Shown here: positions 48,287-63,494 of the stretch, piece by piece
How positions within the stretch are numbered: the stretch's first letter is position 1
How the letters are laid out: every line of letters begins with the position of its first letter
Origin: Bacillota bacterium
GTDB taxonomy: Bacteria; Patescibacteriota; Minisyncoccia; Phycocordibacterales; Phycocordibacteraceae
Assembly (NCBI GenBank): GCA_050260455.1
Contig: JBLNCF010000004.1
Location: 15,917-79,916, forward strand
Reading direction: 5' to 3'
DNA: 64,000 nt
Notes under the pieces: generated by a model
The model's input: the letters and a program-made list of their open reading frames with translations, nothing else
Told to the model about the DNA's origin: nothing
Database searches by the model: none
Program-made: the position numbers and the translations under genes

Positions 48287-50245
48287 TTACGCCACCAGCG
48301 CGAAATCGAGCTCGCGTTCGGGCACGCGCGCTTCGATGAGCTTCACACGGATAGGATCGCCGAGCGCGAATTGTTTCTTGGTACGTTCGCCGACGATGCG
48401 ATAGCGCTTCTCGTCATAGATGAAGTAGTCGTCGCCGAGATTGCGAATGTGGATCATGCCTTCGGCGCGTGTTTCGTTAAGCTCGACATAGAGACCGCGG
48501 TCGGAGACGCCCGAGATGACGCCATCGAATTCCTGCTCAATCTTGTCGGACATGTACTCGACGATCTTGAGCTTGATGGAATCGCGCTCGGCTTCAACGG
48601 CAGCGGCTTCGCGTTCGCTCGAATGAAGGGCGAGGTCGTTCAATTCCGCAAATGCCTGTTTCGTGAAGGTCTCACCGTTACGATAGTGCTTCACGAGACG
48701 ATGGATGAGGAGGTCAGGGTAGCGACGAATCGGGGAAGTGAAGTGAGTGTAGTACTCGAAGGCGAGACCGAAGTGCCCAACGTTCTTCGTGGTGTAAATA
48801 GCCTTTGCCATAGAGCGCAGAGTCGCGGTCTTGATGAGGTACTCCTCGGGCGTACCCTTCACCTTCTCGAGCAGCTGGTTGATATCGGTACCTTTCACAT
48901 GACCTGCACGGGTCTCAAGGTCGTAGCCCATGACCTTAAGGAACTGCGAGAGGTTTTCGATACGCTCTGCATCCGGGAGATCGTGGATGCGATAGATGAC
49001 GGAATTCTGGATGCCTGCTTTCCGCGCTTCCTCCGAGAGCATCATCGCGACGTGCTCGTTGGCGAGCAGCATGAAATCCTCGATAAGGAGATTAGTGTCG
49101 CGACGCTCCTTGAGCTCGATCTTGATTGGCTTGCCGGTCTCATCGAGACGCACCTTCACTTCGGGGGTATCAAAGGCGATAGCGCCCTTTGCGGTGCGAC
49201 GATCGCGAATCTTGAAGGCGAGGGTGCGCAGTGTATTGAGCTCGTCGAGGAAATCGCCCGACTGATCATCGAGTACCTGCTGCGCGTCCTCATAGGTGAA
49301 GCGGCGATCGGAGTGGATGACGGTCTCACCGAACCAACTCGATACCACCTGCGCCTCTGAATCCAGTTCGAACACCGCTGACACCGCGAGACGGTCCTCG
49401 TTGGGATTAAGCGAGCAGAAGTTATTGGAGAGGACTTCCGGAAGCATGGGGATGGTGCGGTCCACGAGGTAGACGGAGGTCGCGCGCTTCCTAGCCTCAT
49501 CATCGATGGATGTGCCTGGACGAACGAAGTAGGAGACGTCCGCGATGTGGACGCCTACCTCGACATTCCCGTTATCGAGCTTCCGTACCGAGAGTGCGTC
49601 GTCAAAGTCCTTCGCGTCGAACGGGTCGATGGTAAACGTAGTGGCCTGCCGGAAGTCCTTCCTGCGGCCGCTCGCGATACCCTCGTTCGCATCTTTTTCA
49701 ATGAGCGCCTTGCCGGTGGTCTCCAGTTCCTCCGCCTCTTTCTGTACGCCAGGAGGGAAGTCACTGCGGAACCCGCTGCCGAGCGCGAGCGCACGCATCT
49801 CGGTCTCATGCACTCCTGCCGGGCCGATGATTTCCTCAAGGGTGCCCCAGGGGTACGGTTGATTTGCTGCCCAACCTTGGAAACGAATGAGTACCTTCTG
49901 ACCGATGGGGAGAGATTCGCCCTTCACGACGAAGGGCACGTACATCTTCTTCCAGTCCGGCGCGAGCATGGTGAGGCGCTCCTCTTTGTTCTCGACGAGC
50001 GTGCCGACGAACGTTTCGCGTGTGCGGGTGACGATGTCGACGACCTTGCCGATCTCGCGGACTTTCTTGGTGCGCGGGTCGGTCTCTTTGCCGACGATCT
50101 TCACCTGCACGATGTCGGTAGGGAAGGCGCCGCCCAGGTTCTCTCCTGGGATGAACAGGTCATCCTTATCAGGATCGTACGTAAAAAAACCCTTGCCGGT
50201 GCGGGTGATGGTGATGGGACCCTCGTATATGTCGTTGGATGTCAT
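48287..50245 (-). CDS. rnr: Ribonuclease R (RNB family)
   Basis: FTIDPFDAKDFDDA, VHIADVS, IEDFMLLAN, HFTSPIRRYPD, C-terminal S1 domain. Confidence 0.96.
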   Translation of the reverse strand: MTSNDIYEGPITITRTGKGFFTYDPDKDDLFIPGENLGGAFPTDIVQVKIVGKETDPRTKKVREIGKVVDIVTRTRETFVGTLVENKEERLTMLAPDWKKMYVPFVVKGESLPIGQKVLIRFQGWAANQPYPWGTLEEIIGPAGVHETEMRALALGSGFRSDFPPGVQKEAEELETTGKALIEKDANEGIASGRRKDFRQATTFTIDPFDAKDFDDALSVRKLDNGNVEVGVHIADVSYFVRPGTSIDDEARKRATSVYLVDRTIPMLPEVLSNNFCSLNPNEDRLAVSAVFELDSEAQVVSSWFGETVIHSDRRFTYEDAQQVLDDQSGDFLDELNTLRTLAFKIRDRRTAKGAIAFDTPEVKVRLDETGKPIKIELKERRDTNLLIEDFMLLANEHVAMMLSEEARKAGIQNSVIYRIHDLPDAERIENLSQFLKVMGYDLETRAGHVKGTDINQLLEKVKGTPEEYLIKTATLRSMAKAIYTTKNVGHFGLAFEYYTHFTSPIRRYPDLLIHRLVKHYRNGETFTKQAFAELNDLALHSSEREAAAVEAERDSIKLKIVEYMSDKIEQEFDGVISGVSDRGLYVELNETRAEGMIHIRNLGDDYFIYDEKRYRIVGERTKKQFALGDPIRVKLIEARVPERELDFALVA

Positions 50246-50290
50246 TTCTCAAACTGTAGCAAATGACGCTGGTTTTGCTATGATGCGACC

Positions 50291-50420
50291 GGCCCCACTG
50301 TTGGGACCCATGCGCTGCAGGCACAGCGCGGGGCGGCAGATCGTTCTGAGCAGCTCGGTCTGCCGCCCTTGGGTCCTCGGCCCTGTACCTTCCTCCCGCG
50401 GCAGAGATGTCGCGTTTTTT
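50291..50420 (+). ncRNA. Putative stand-alone ~130-nt three-way-junction sRNA
   Basis: TGcTATGAT -10 box at 50276-50284; stems GGGACCCA/TGGGTCCT, GCGCTG/CAGCGC and GGGCGGCAGATCG/CGGTCTGCCGCCC; terminator CGCGGCA-gaga-TGTCGCG-T6. Confidence 0.6.
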
Positions 50421-50422
50421 AT

Positions 50423-50451
50423 TTGACCCCGCATAGCCTTTCTGGTACGCT
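50423..50451 (+). promoter_or_regulatory. Sigma70 promoter of rpsP
   Basis: TTGACC-17-TACGCT with a TGn extension. Confidence 0.65.
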
Positions 50452-50462
50452 TCCCCGCATAT

Positions 50463-50927
50463 ATGTTGATGATCCGCTTCCAGCGAATTGGCCGCAAGAA
50501 CGACCCGGCGTTTCGCATTGCTGTGCTTGATAAGGCGTCCGGCCCCAAGGCGGGCAAGTATGTCGACCTCGTCGGCACCTATAACCCTAAGACCAAGGCG
50601 ACTACGCTCAAGGCTGACAGCATCAAGACCTGGATGGCCAAGGGCGCACAGGTGTCTGCATCTCTTCACAACCTTCTTGTGAAGGAGGGTGTGCTTGAGG
50701 CTCCGAAGACCGCCAAGGTCGTCTCGAAGAAGAATCTCGAGAAGAACATCGCCAAGCAGAAGGCGGAGGAAGAAGCAGCAGCTGCGAAGGCCGCTGAAGA
50801 GGCAGCTGCCGCCGCCGCAGCAGAAGCCGCTGCAGCAGCAGAGGAGGCCGCTCCGGCTGAAGAAGTAGCACCCGAAGCTGCTCCGGCAGAAGAGGCTGCC
50901 CCTGCGGAGGAAGCTCCGGCTGCGTAA
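50463..50927 (+). CDS. rpsP: 30S ribosomal protein bS16 with an Ala/Glu-rich tail
   Basis: IRFQRIGRK..P.FRI, VGTYNP, GAQVS. Confidence 0.95.
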   Translation: MLMIRFQRIGRKNDPAFRIAVLDKASGPKAGKYVDLVGTYNPKTKATTLKADSIKTWMAKGAQVSASLHNLLVKEGVLEAPKTAKVVSKKNLEKNIAKQKAEEEAAAAKAAEEAAAAAAAEAAAAAEEAAPAEEVAPEAAPAEEAAPAEEAPAA

Positions 50928-50990
50928 CCTTCCGCCGCGCCTGCGGCACCTGCTCGCCGTTACTCCTTATTCCCGACACTCTGAAACGAT

Positions 50991-51290
50991 ATGGAACAAG
51001 ATCACGCATTTCTCGATTACGTTATTAAGGCTCTCGTCGATCATCCCGAAGCGGTGGTCATCACCCGCACGGTAGATGAGATGGGCGTGCTCCTTACGCT
51101 CACTGTGGATGCGGATGATATGGGCAAGATCATTGGACGCGATGGCAATATCGCTAAGGCACTCCGCACCCTCCTGCGCGTCGTAGGTATGAAGCACAAC
51201 GCGCGCGTGAACCTGAAGATCAACGAGCCGGTGGGCGGTAAGCGCGATGGTGAGGTGCGCTCGGTCGACGAAGTAATCGACTCCCTCTAA
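50991..51290 (+). CDS. khpA: KH-domain RNA-binding protein (KhpA/YlqC)
   Basis: LVDHPE, DMGKIIGRDG..AKALRTLL; follows rpsP. Confidence 0.9.
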   Translation: MEQDHAFLDYVIKALVDHPEAVVITRTVDEMGVLLTLTVDADDMGKIIGRDGNIAKALRTLLRVVGMKHNARVNLKINEPVGGKRDGEVRSVDEVIDSL

Positions 51291-51335
51291 CAGAACGCGG
51301 GGCTTCTAGCCCCGCGTTCGCGTTACACTTTCGTT

Positions 51336-51995
51336 ATGCTTCGATTTCATCTCATTACGCTTTTCCCAGAAGCCTGTGATACGTATCTCTCCGCATCTAT
51401 TCTTGGTCGCGCCCGTCGTGACAAGAAGATTTCCGTCGACTATCACTCTCCGCGTGATTTCGTAGATAACAAATGGGGGAAGGTGGACGAGCGTCCCTAT
51501 GGTGGCGGTCCGGGAATGGTCATGACTGCGTTGCCGGTCGTACGTGCTGCAAAGAAGTCACTCGGACGAAAGAAAGGGAAGGCAGCGTTCGTATGGTTCT
51601 CGCCATCGGCAAAACCATTCACTAATAAAGAAGCGGACGCTCTGGCAAGATTTGATGATGTTGTTTTGATTTGTGGCCGCTACGAAGGCATTGATGATCG
51701 CGCTCGGGTGATGTTGAAGAAGCTCGGTACTGTCAAGGAGTATTCCGTAGGAGAGGCAGTGCTCACGGGCGCGGAGGCACCAGCCATGATCATCGTAGAT
51801 GCGATAACTCGCCGTTTGCCTGGGGTGCTTGGGAAAGACGAGTCGGTGGAGGAGCGTCGCATCGCATCTCCTGCGGTCTACACACGTCCAGAAGTCCTTG
51901 AGTGGGAAGGGAAGAAGTATCGAGTACCCAAGGTGCTCCTCACAGGACATCACGCGAACATAAACGCGCACCGCGCGAAGAAGCAGAGTAAATGA
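51336..51995 (+). CDS. trmD: tRNA (guanine-N1)-methyltransferase
   Basis: ITLFPE, RPYGGGPGMVM, CGRYEGID, YTRP, LLTGHH. Confidence 0.96.
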   Translation: MLRFHLITLFPEACDTYLSASILGRARRDKKISVDYHSPRDFVDNKWGKVDERPYGGGPGMVMTALPVVRAAKKSLGRKKGKAAFVWFSPSAKPFTNKEADALARFDDVVLICGRYEGIDDRARVMLKKLGTVKEYSVGEAVLTGAEAPAMIIVDAITRRLPGVLGKDESVEERRIASPAVYTRPEVLEWEGKKYRVPKVLLTGHHANINAHRAKKQSK

Positions 51996-52066
51996 TTTGA
52001 CGGCTGTGCGAGGGCGGAGCAGACTGGAAACAGTGCCCTAACTCAAAGGGCAGGGGAGGATTGAAA

Positions 52067-52684
52067 ATGAAATATGGTCTTATGTCGTTCGGGCATGCTG
52101 CGGTTGCCACGGCCGCGCTCGCTCTTCTAGGCGCCTTCGGGCAATCATTCGTGTCGGCGGAGGGGATTGCTGCCGCGATCTTGTTCCTGCTTTCGCTCGC
52201 CCTCATCTTGATCGGCCTGTATCAAGAAGACGAAGCTTCACATGCACACCTGATCGTATGGGGACTGCTCGCGTGGCCGATCGTGATTGCGCTCGGGCTC
52301 GCTGCGGCTCACCAGACGGAAGGAAGCGTCTTCCTGTCGGCACTGTTTGCCGGAGGAATCGCGGGCGGGGTATATCACCTCGAGCGGAGGTATCGACTGG
52401 AACGGAGTCCACTTGCCGAAGCCTTCGGTATCCAGGTCGTATACGCCCTCGCGCTTCTGCTCGCATCCCGAAGCGCAGATACTCCGCTTCAAGTTGCAGG
52501 AGTGTCCTGGGCCATCACGGCGGGGATTGCCATGATCCTGCTGGTTCCGGCGTTCGTGCGAGTGCTTCGCATGAAGCCGAGATCCCCTCGACATAGGAAG
52601 CGTCGCGGTATCCTTGCAGTACTGGATTTCGTGGATCTGCCCCCATGGGCACCACCAAATCCTGAAGCTTCACCGCAGGCCTAG
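52067..52684 (+). CDS. Orphan polytopic membrane protein
   Basis: SD GGGGAGG 7 nt before ATG 52067; about 6 TM helices; basic C-terminal tail. Confidence 0.65.
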   Translation: MKYGLMSFGHAAVATAALALLGAFGQSFVSAEGIAAAILFLLSLALILIGLYQEDEASHAHLIVWGLLAWPIVIALGLAAAHQTEGSVFLSALFAGGIAGGVYHLERRYRLERSPLAEAFGIQVVYALALLLASRSADTPLQVAGVSWAITAGIAMILLVPAFVRVLRMKPRSPRHRKRRGILAVLDFVDLPPWAPPNPEASPQA

Positions 52685-52760
52685 CTGAACGTAGATTCGA
52701 CAGGACGTACAAAGGCGGTCTCTCTCGGGAGACCGCCTCGATTTTTATACTCGACAGGTA

Positions 52761-52791
52761 TTGACAAATATATTTTATATTGATATACAAT
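52761..52791 (+). promoter_or_regulatory. AT-rich sigma70 promoter with an internal inverted repeat
   Basis: TTGACA...TATACA/TACAAT; spacer contains AATATA-ttt-TATATT. Confidence 0.55.
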
Positions 52792-52838
52792 AGTCTGGAA
52801 CCTTCCGGATAGCATCCGCAAGGAATGGAAACAGTGCA

Positions 52839-53177
52839 ATGTCCATGTTGCTTGAAACTCTTCGCGACTGCATCGATTACCTCGGTGACGGTCGCCCTGA
52901 CCTGCTTGGCCTGAGCGTGGTGGGTCTTATCGTGCTCGGGACTGCTCAAGCAGTCGGAACGGCCACGGTGGGATTCGACACCGACCGGAAGCAGATCGGC
53001 ATCGCCCTCGCCATTGCGGCTCTGCTGGCTTTCACCTGGTTCACGCCGCCCTTGGCTGACTTCCCGATGCTGGTCATCGGCGTGCCGGTGGCGCTCATCC
53101 TCGGTACGGCGTACGGCTGGCACATCTGGCCGCAAGTCCTGCGTCACCAGCAACAAAAGCGCATGGCGCACCACTAA
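52839..53177 (+). CDS. Orphan small membrane protein (3 TM helices)
   Basis: Hydrophobic ORF between the promoter and a terminator (CTGGCTCC...GGAGCCGG-TTCTTTTT). Confidence 0.6.
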   Translation: MSMLLETLRDCIDYLGDGRPDLLGLSVVGLIVLGTAQAVGTATVGFDTDRKQIGIALAIAALLAFTWFTPPLADFPMLVIGVPVALILGTAYGWHIWPQVLRHQQQKRMAHH

Positions 53178-53254
53178 ACGGCAGTACCACAGAACAAAAA
53201 AGTTGACCTGGCTCCCCTCAAAAGGAGCCGGTTCTTTTTATCCCAAGGCTCCGC

Positions 53255-53477
53255 TTGACGCCCTTTCAAGCCGGGCGTATCTTATGAATACGAGTGAGTA
53301 ACGGGGGATAGGGGCTTCTACAGATTTCAATTATTTACCAGCGTCTCGGAAAACGAGGGACGCGGCTCGTGGCGTTTGCACGAGCCCTATTGGCGTTTCT
53401 AGGGAGCGCATTCAAGAATCCTGACCGGAAGAGGACTCTTGAATGGGCTCCGTCCGAGGCTAAATACCAGACGATCA
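53255..53477 (+). promoter_or_regulatory. rpoBC promoter and ~190-nt structured 5' leader
   Basis: TTGACG-17-TATCTT followed by four hairpins, two of which carry GGCGTTT in the loop. Confidence 0.65.
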
Positions 53478-56657
<3,180 letters not shown>

Positions 56658-56670
56658 CTCTCTAAGACCT

Positions 56671-60402
<3,732 letters not shown>

Positions 60403-60421
60403 CAGCTATTCAGAATTCTCA

Positions 60422-60492
60422 ATGCAAAACGGTCCGCTACAGGCGGGCCGTTTTGCATAACAAAGATCCGCTGCGTCTCCCGGGCAGCGGAT
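60422..60492. terminator. Two hairpins terminating convergent rpoC and 60522..61076
   Basis: ATGCAAAACGGTCCGC..GCGGGCCGTTTTGCAT and ATCCGCTGC..GCAGCGGAT. Confidence 0.75.
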
Positions 60493-60521
60493 AGGGTGAG
60501 AATGGGACATTTCTTGTTATG

Positions 60522-61076
60522 TCAGTGAGTTGCAAGTCGCAGGTGAACGGAATTGAGCATGATCTTGATGCCGTGTGCCATAGCCACACCCGTGCCCGGT
60601 ATAAGAAGGAGACCGTTCTCGGTCATCTTGCAGAAATCGTGCACGGTGGGTGTATCCCGTTTTTCTCTCCGAGCGAAGTTGCGTATTCGGACTGCTGACG
60701 CAAGGGAGATGTTATTCATGAGTGCACGGCCGATGGTGAAGAAATCGGTGAGCGGCCAGGAGCCATACGTGTCGGGGAACAGGCGTTCGTTGCGTATAGT
60801 CCTGATTTCCTCGTCCACAAGATCTTCGACACTCTCAATGAGGGCGATAGTGGCCACTTTGCTAATGCCCAGTCCTGTACCGATCTCGTGAGCCGATGCG
60901 GGTATGAAACCACGGAGGCCATAGTACGCAGTAAACGCAACAAACTTACGAACATCGTGTGCTTCTACTAACCAGAGCGCTTGGGTGAGCGCACGGGCGG
61001 CATCTTCTTGCGGTTCGATGTCGAGTTTATCGATAAGCTCAAGCGGTACCAAGTCTTGTCGGTGCTCGGTGTGCAT
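60522..61076 (-). CDS. Orphan protein: sigma70 region-4-like HTH plus RNAP alphaCTD-like domain
   Basis: YYGLRG...SAHEIGTGLGISK (sigma4-like); AVRIRNF...TVHDFCKMTENGLLLIPGTG...GIKIMLNSVHLRL (alphaCTD-like); SD GAGAGGGG. Confidence 0.65.
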   Translation of the reverse strand: MHTEHRQDLVPLELIDKLDIEPQEDAARALTQALWLVEAHDVRKFVAFTAYYGLRGFIPASAHEIGTGLGISKVATIALIESVEDLVDEEIRTIRNERLFPDTYGSWPLTDFFTIGRALMNNISLASAVRIRNFARREKRDTPTVHDFCKMTENGLLLIPGTGVAMAHGIKIMLNSVHLRLATH

Positions 61077-61318
61077 GGGGTGCCCCTCTCTCAATGTGCA
61101 GCCGAAAAGATTCTCGCGTGAGCACGGTGAAAACGTCGTTAAAGTGAAAGGCCGTCGCGCGAGGGGATGGTGCGCAACGGCCTTGGTCTGCTCCGTTCTC
61201 CGGTAGGAGGGTAGTTTGGCCGCAAGGAGCAGAGCTGCCGTTAGTGTGGCGCATCGATACTGAAGACTGAATGAAAAGTGCCGCGGGGGTGAGCCCGCGG
61301 CGAAGGTCGAACGGAACG

Positions 61319-61666
61319 TTAGTTTGAGGAGGGCGGCAGCAGATTCCAGTGTATGGGCACGGAGGCACCGCTTCCCAGATAGAAGTTCTCGTCGCTGCAC
61401 ACGGAGGCAAAGAACGGGAAAAGCTTTGGTAGGTGTTCGGGCCGGCTGTTGAGCGTGTCGAAGAAAAGATGCTTCACGAGCTCCTGGAGCGCGGTTGCTG
61501 CACGGTTGTCTTCGATTCGGGGATCCTCGAATCGGGGAACGGCGTCCCTGAACTCCTCGGAGATCTGGGTCAGCCGCTCAAGCGTCTTTCCGGGATCGAG
61601 CTCCCGCTTCCTTACGCTCAAGTTCGATGCTTCCTTAAGGAGTTCGAGTATGCGTAGCTGGTTCAC
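61319..61666 (-). CDS. Orphan helical hypothetical protein
   Basis: GTG start with GAGG SD; TTGACA upstream at 61722-61727; GCCGCGGG hairpin and T-tract downstream. Confidence 0.55.
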   Translation of the reverse strand: MNQLRILELLKEASNLSVRKRELDPGKTLERLTQISEEFRDAVPRFEDPRIEDNRAATALQELVKHLFFDTLNSRPEHLPKLFPFFASVCSDENFYLGSGASVPIHWNLLPPSSN

Positions 61667-61757
61667 GATAAGCCTCGTTGTGGGTGGGGTCTGTAATCAT
61701 TTAAGCATAGAAATACGGATATGTCAAAATGCGTTGTAAAGCGATAGAATGGAGCAA

Positions 61758-63440
61758 ATGGCGAGCGATTCTGTCGAGAAAATAAAGAGCCGGCTGTCCA
61801 TCGTGGATGTGGTGTCGCCGTACGTGAAGCTCGCGAAGTCCGGCCGGTATTGGAAGGGACTGTCGCCCTTTAATAAGGAGAAGACTCCTTCTTTCTTCGT
61901 GAACGTCGATCGCGGCAGCTACTACTGCTTCAGTACCTCGCAGGGGGGCGATATGTTCACGTTCATCCAGAAGATGGAAGGCGTGGACTTCAGAGGCGCT
62001 CTGAAGATCCTTGCGGAGAAGGCGGGCGTGGAGCTTGTGCAGGATCCCCATGCGAGCGAAAAGAAAGGGAAGGTGGATCGTTTGCGTGAAGCGATGGCGC
62101 GTGCTGAAGCGTACTATGCCGCTGCGCTCACCGGGAAATCGCCCGCGTACGAGTACGCGCTTTCGCGTGGCCTCTCCAAGGAAACGATTCGTGCGTGGGG
62201 ATTAGGTGTTGCCCCCGACGCCTGGCGCGATCTGTTAGAAGAACTGCAGAAGGGAGGGTTCACCCAGCAGGAACTTCTCGATGCTGGACTCATCAAAGAG
62301 GCAGATGGTAAGGCAGGTACCTGGTACGACCGATTCCGTAACCGCCTCATATTCCCGATCCGTGATTCGGCAGGACGCACCGTTGCGTTCACGGGTCGTG
62401 CGCTTGATCCCAATGATCAGGCTAAATATCTCAACTCTCCCGAAACCGAACTCTACAAAAAGCACGAGATTCTCTTCGGCATGGATAAAGCCAAGGACGC
62501 TATCCGCTCGCGCGGTTTCACCCTTCTCGTTGAAGGGCAGATGGATCTCCTCCACCTTCATCAGATCGGTTTCAGTAATACGGTGGCGCTCTCGGGTACT
62601 GCCTTATCGAAAGAGCATCTCTCGCTCATGAAGCGCTATGCAGACAACCTCATGCTTGCGCTTGATTCTGATCGAGCCGGTCTTGCAGCGACTGCGAAGA
62701 ATGCCATCGAGGCACTTCGTGCAGGAATGAAGGTGAAAGCGGTGCTCATGCCGGAAGGGAAGGACCCTGCTGATATTGCCAAGGAGGATCCGAAAGTATT
62801 CACGAAGCTCGTGGCGGATGCGCAGCCCATCGTCGAGTTCTTCCTGGCGGTACTCACTTCAAAAGAGAAGGATCCTCACCGACTTGTCACGGCGGTAGAG
62901 AAAGTAGTACTGCCCATTGTGGGAGCCATCCAGAGTCCCATGGAGCGTGAGCACTTCGTAGGCGTTGTCGCCCGCGCCATCGGCTCGACACCAGACGCGG
63001 TTCGCGGTTCGCTGGCTCGAACAAGTATTGCAGAAAGAGGAAGCCAACAACCCACTGCTGGTCCCGCTTCGACAGCACCCAGCCTTTCTACTCGAGAGCA
63101 TCGCGCCACACTCCTCCATGCCGTTGCCGTCACCTATGCGGGCACCGACCTTGCCAGAAGGGTAGAAAATGAGTATATTCGTATTAACGGCACGCCGTTC
63201 CCGGAGACTCTTCCGGACGAGCGCTGGCTATTTGAGGCGGGACTTTCCTACGAGGAGACGCCTTCAGAACACGCAGCAGACGATTTGCTCAAGGCATTCG
63301 AGAACATAGTGCTCACGGATCAGCTGGCATCGGCGACTACGCGCCTCAGGCTCGCTGAAGCATCGGGCAATGAGAACGAGATCAAAGCAGCGATAGAGGA
63401 GTGCAACGACCTGCGCACGAGATTGGCGCGGCTCGGGTAG
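61758..63440 (+). CDS. dnaG: DNA primase
   Basis: N-terminal Zn-domain region with degenerate ligands (LSPF..EKTPSF..YYCFST), DRFRNRLIFPI, KYLNSPET, VEGQMD, DSD; start at ATG 61758, after TAGAAT and 7 nt. Confidence 0.96.
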   Translation: MASDSVEKIKSRLSIVDVVSPYVKLAKSGRYWKGLSPFNKEKTPSFFVNVDRGSYYCFSTSQGGDMFTFIQKMEGVDFRGALKILAEKAGVELVQDPHASEKKGKVDRLREAMARAEAYYAAALTGKSPAYEYALSRGLSKETIRAWGLGVAPDAWRDLLEELQKGGFTQQELLDAGLIKEADGKAGTWYDRFRNRLIFPIRDSAGRTVAFTGRALDPNDQAKYLNSPETELYKKHEILFGMDKAKDAIRSRGFTLLVEGQMDLLHLHQIGFSNTVALSGTALSKEHLSLMKRYADNLMLALDSDRAGLAATAKNAIEALRAGMKVKAVLMPEGKDPADIAKEDPKVFTKLVADAQPIVEFFLAVLTSKEKDPHRLVTAVEKVVLPIVGAIQSPMEREHFVGVVARAIGSTPDAVRGSLARTSIAERGSQQPTAGPASTAPSLSTREHRATLLHAVAVTYAGTDLARRVENEYIRINGTPFPETLPDERWLFEAGLSYEETPSEHAADDLLKAFENIVLTDQLASATTRLRLAEASGNENEIKAAIEECNDLRTRLARLG

Positions 63441-63494
63441 CCTCGTTCACAGCTCGTTCATCTTTTTCTCTTACAATCCTTTTATTTACACTCT

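Noticed and set aside
50331-50368. SRP RNA or hammerhead assignment for the 130-nt RNA
   Set aside because: AGCAG is present but there is no GNRA-capped helix 8 with an opposing CAGG, and no CUGANGA/GAAA core
50761-50927. GCA/GAG-rich repeats at the end of rpsP
   Set aside because: Ordinary low-complexity Ala/Glu tail, common on bS16
61077-61400. Extended N-termini in the ORF track (also 9727, 13956, 31253, 35842, 46021, 53439, 56557)
   Set aside because: The extensions run through terminators, promoters or adjacent genes; downstream ATGs fit signal peptides, family starts or -10 spacing better
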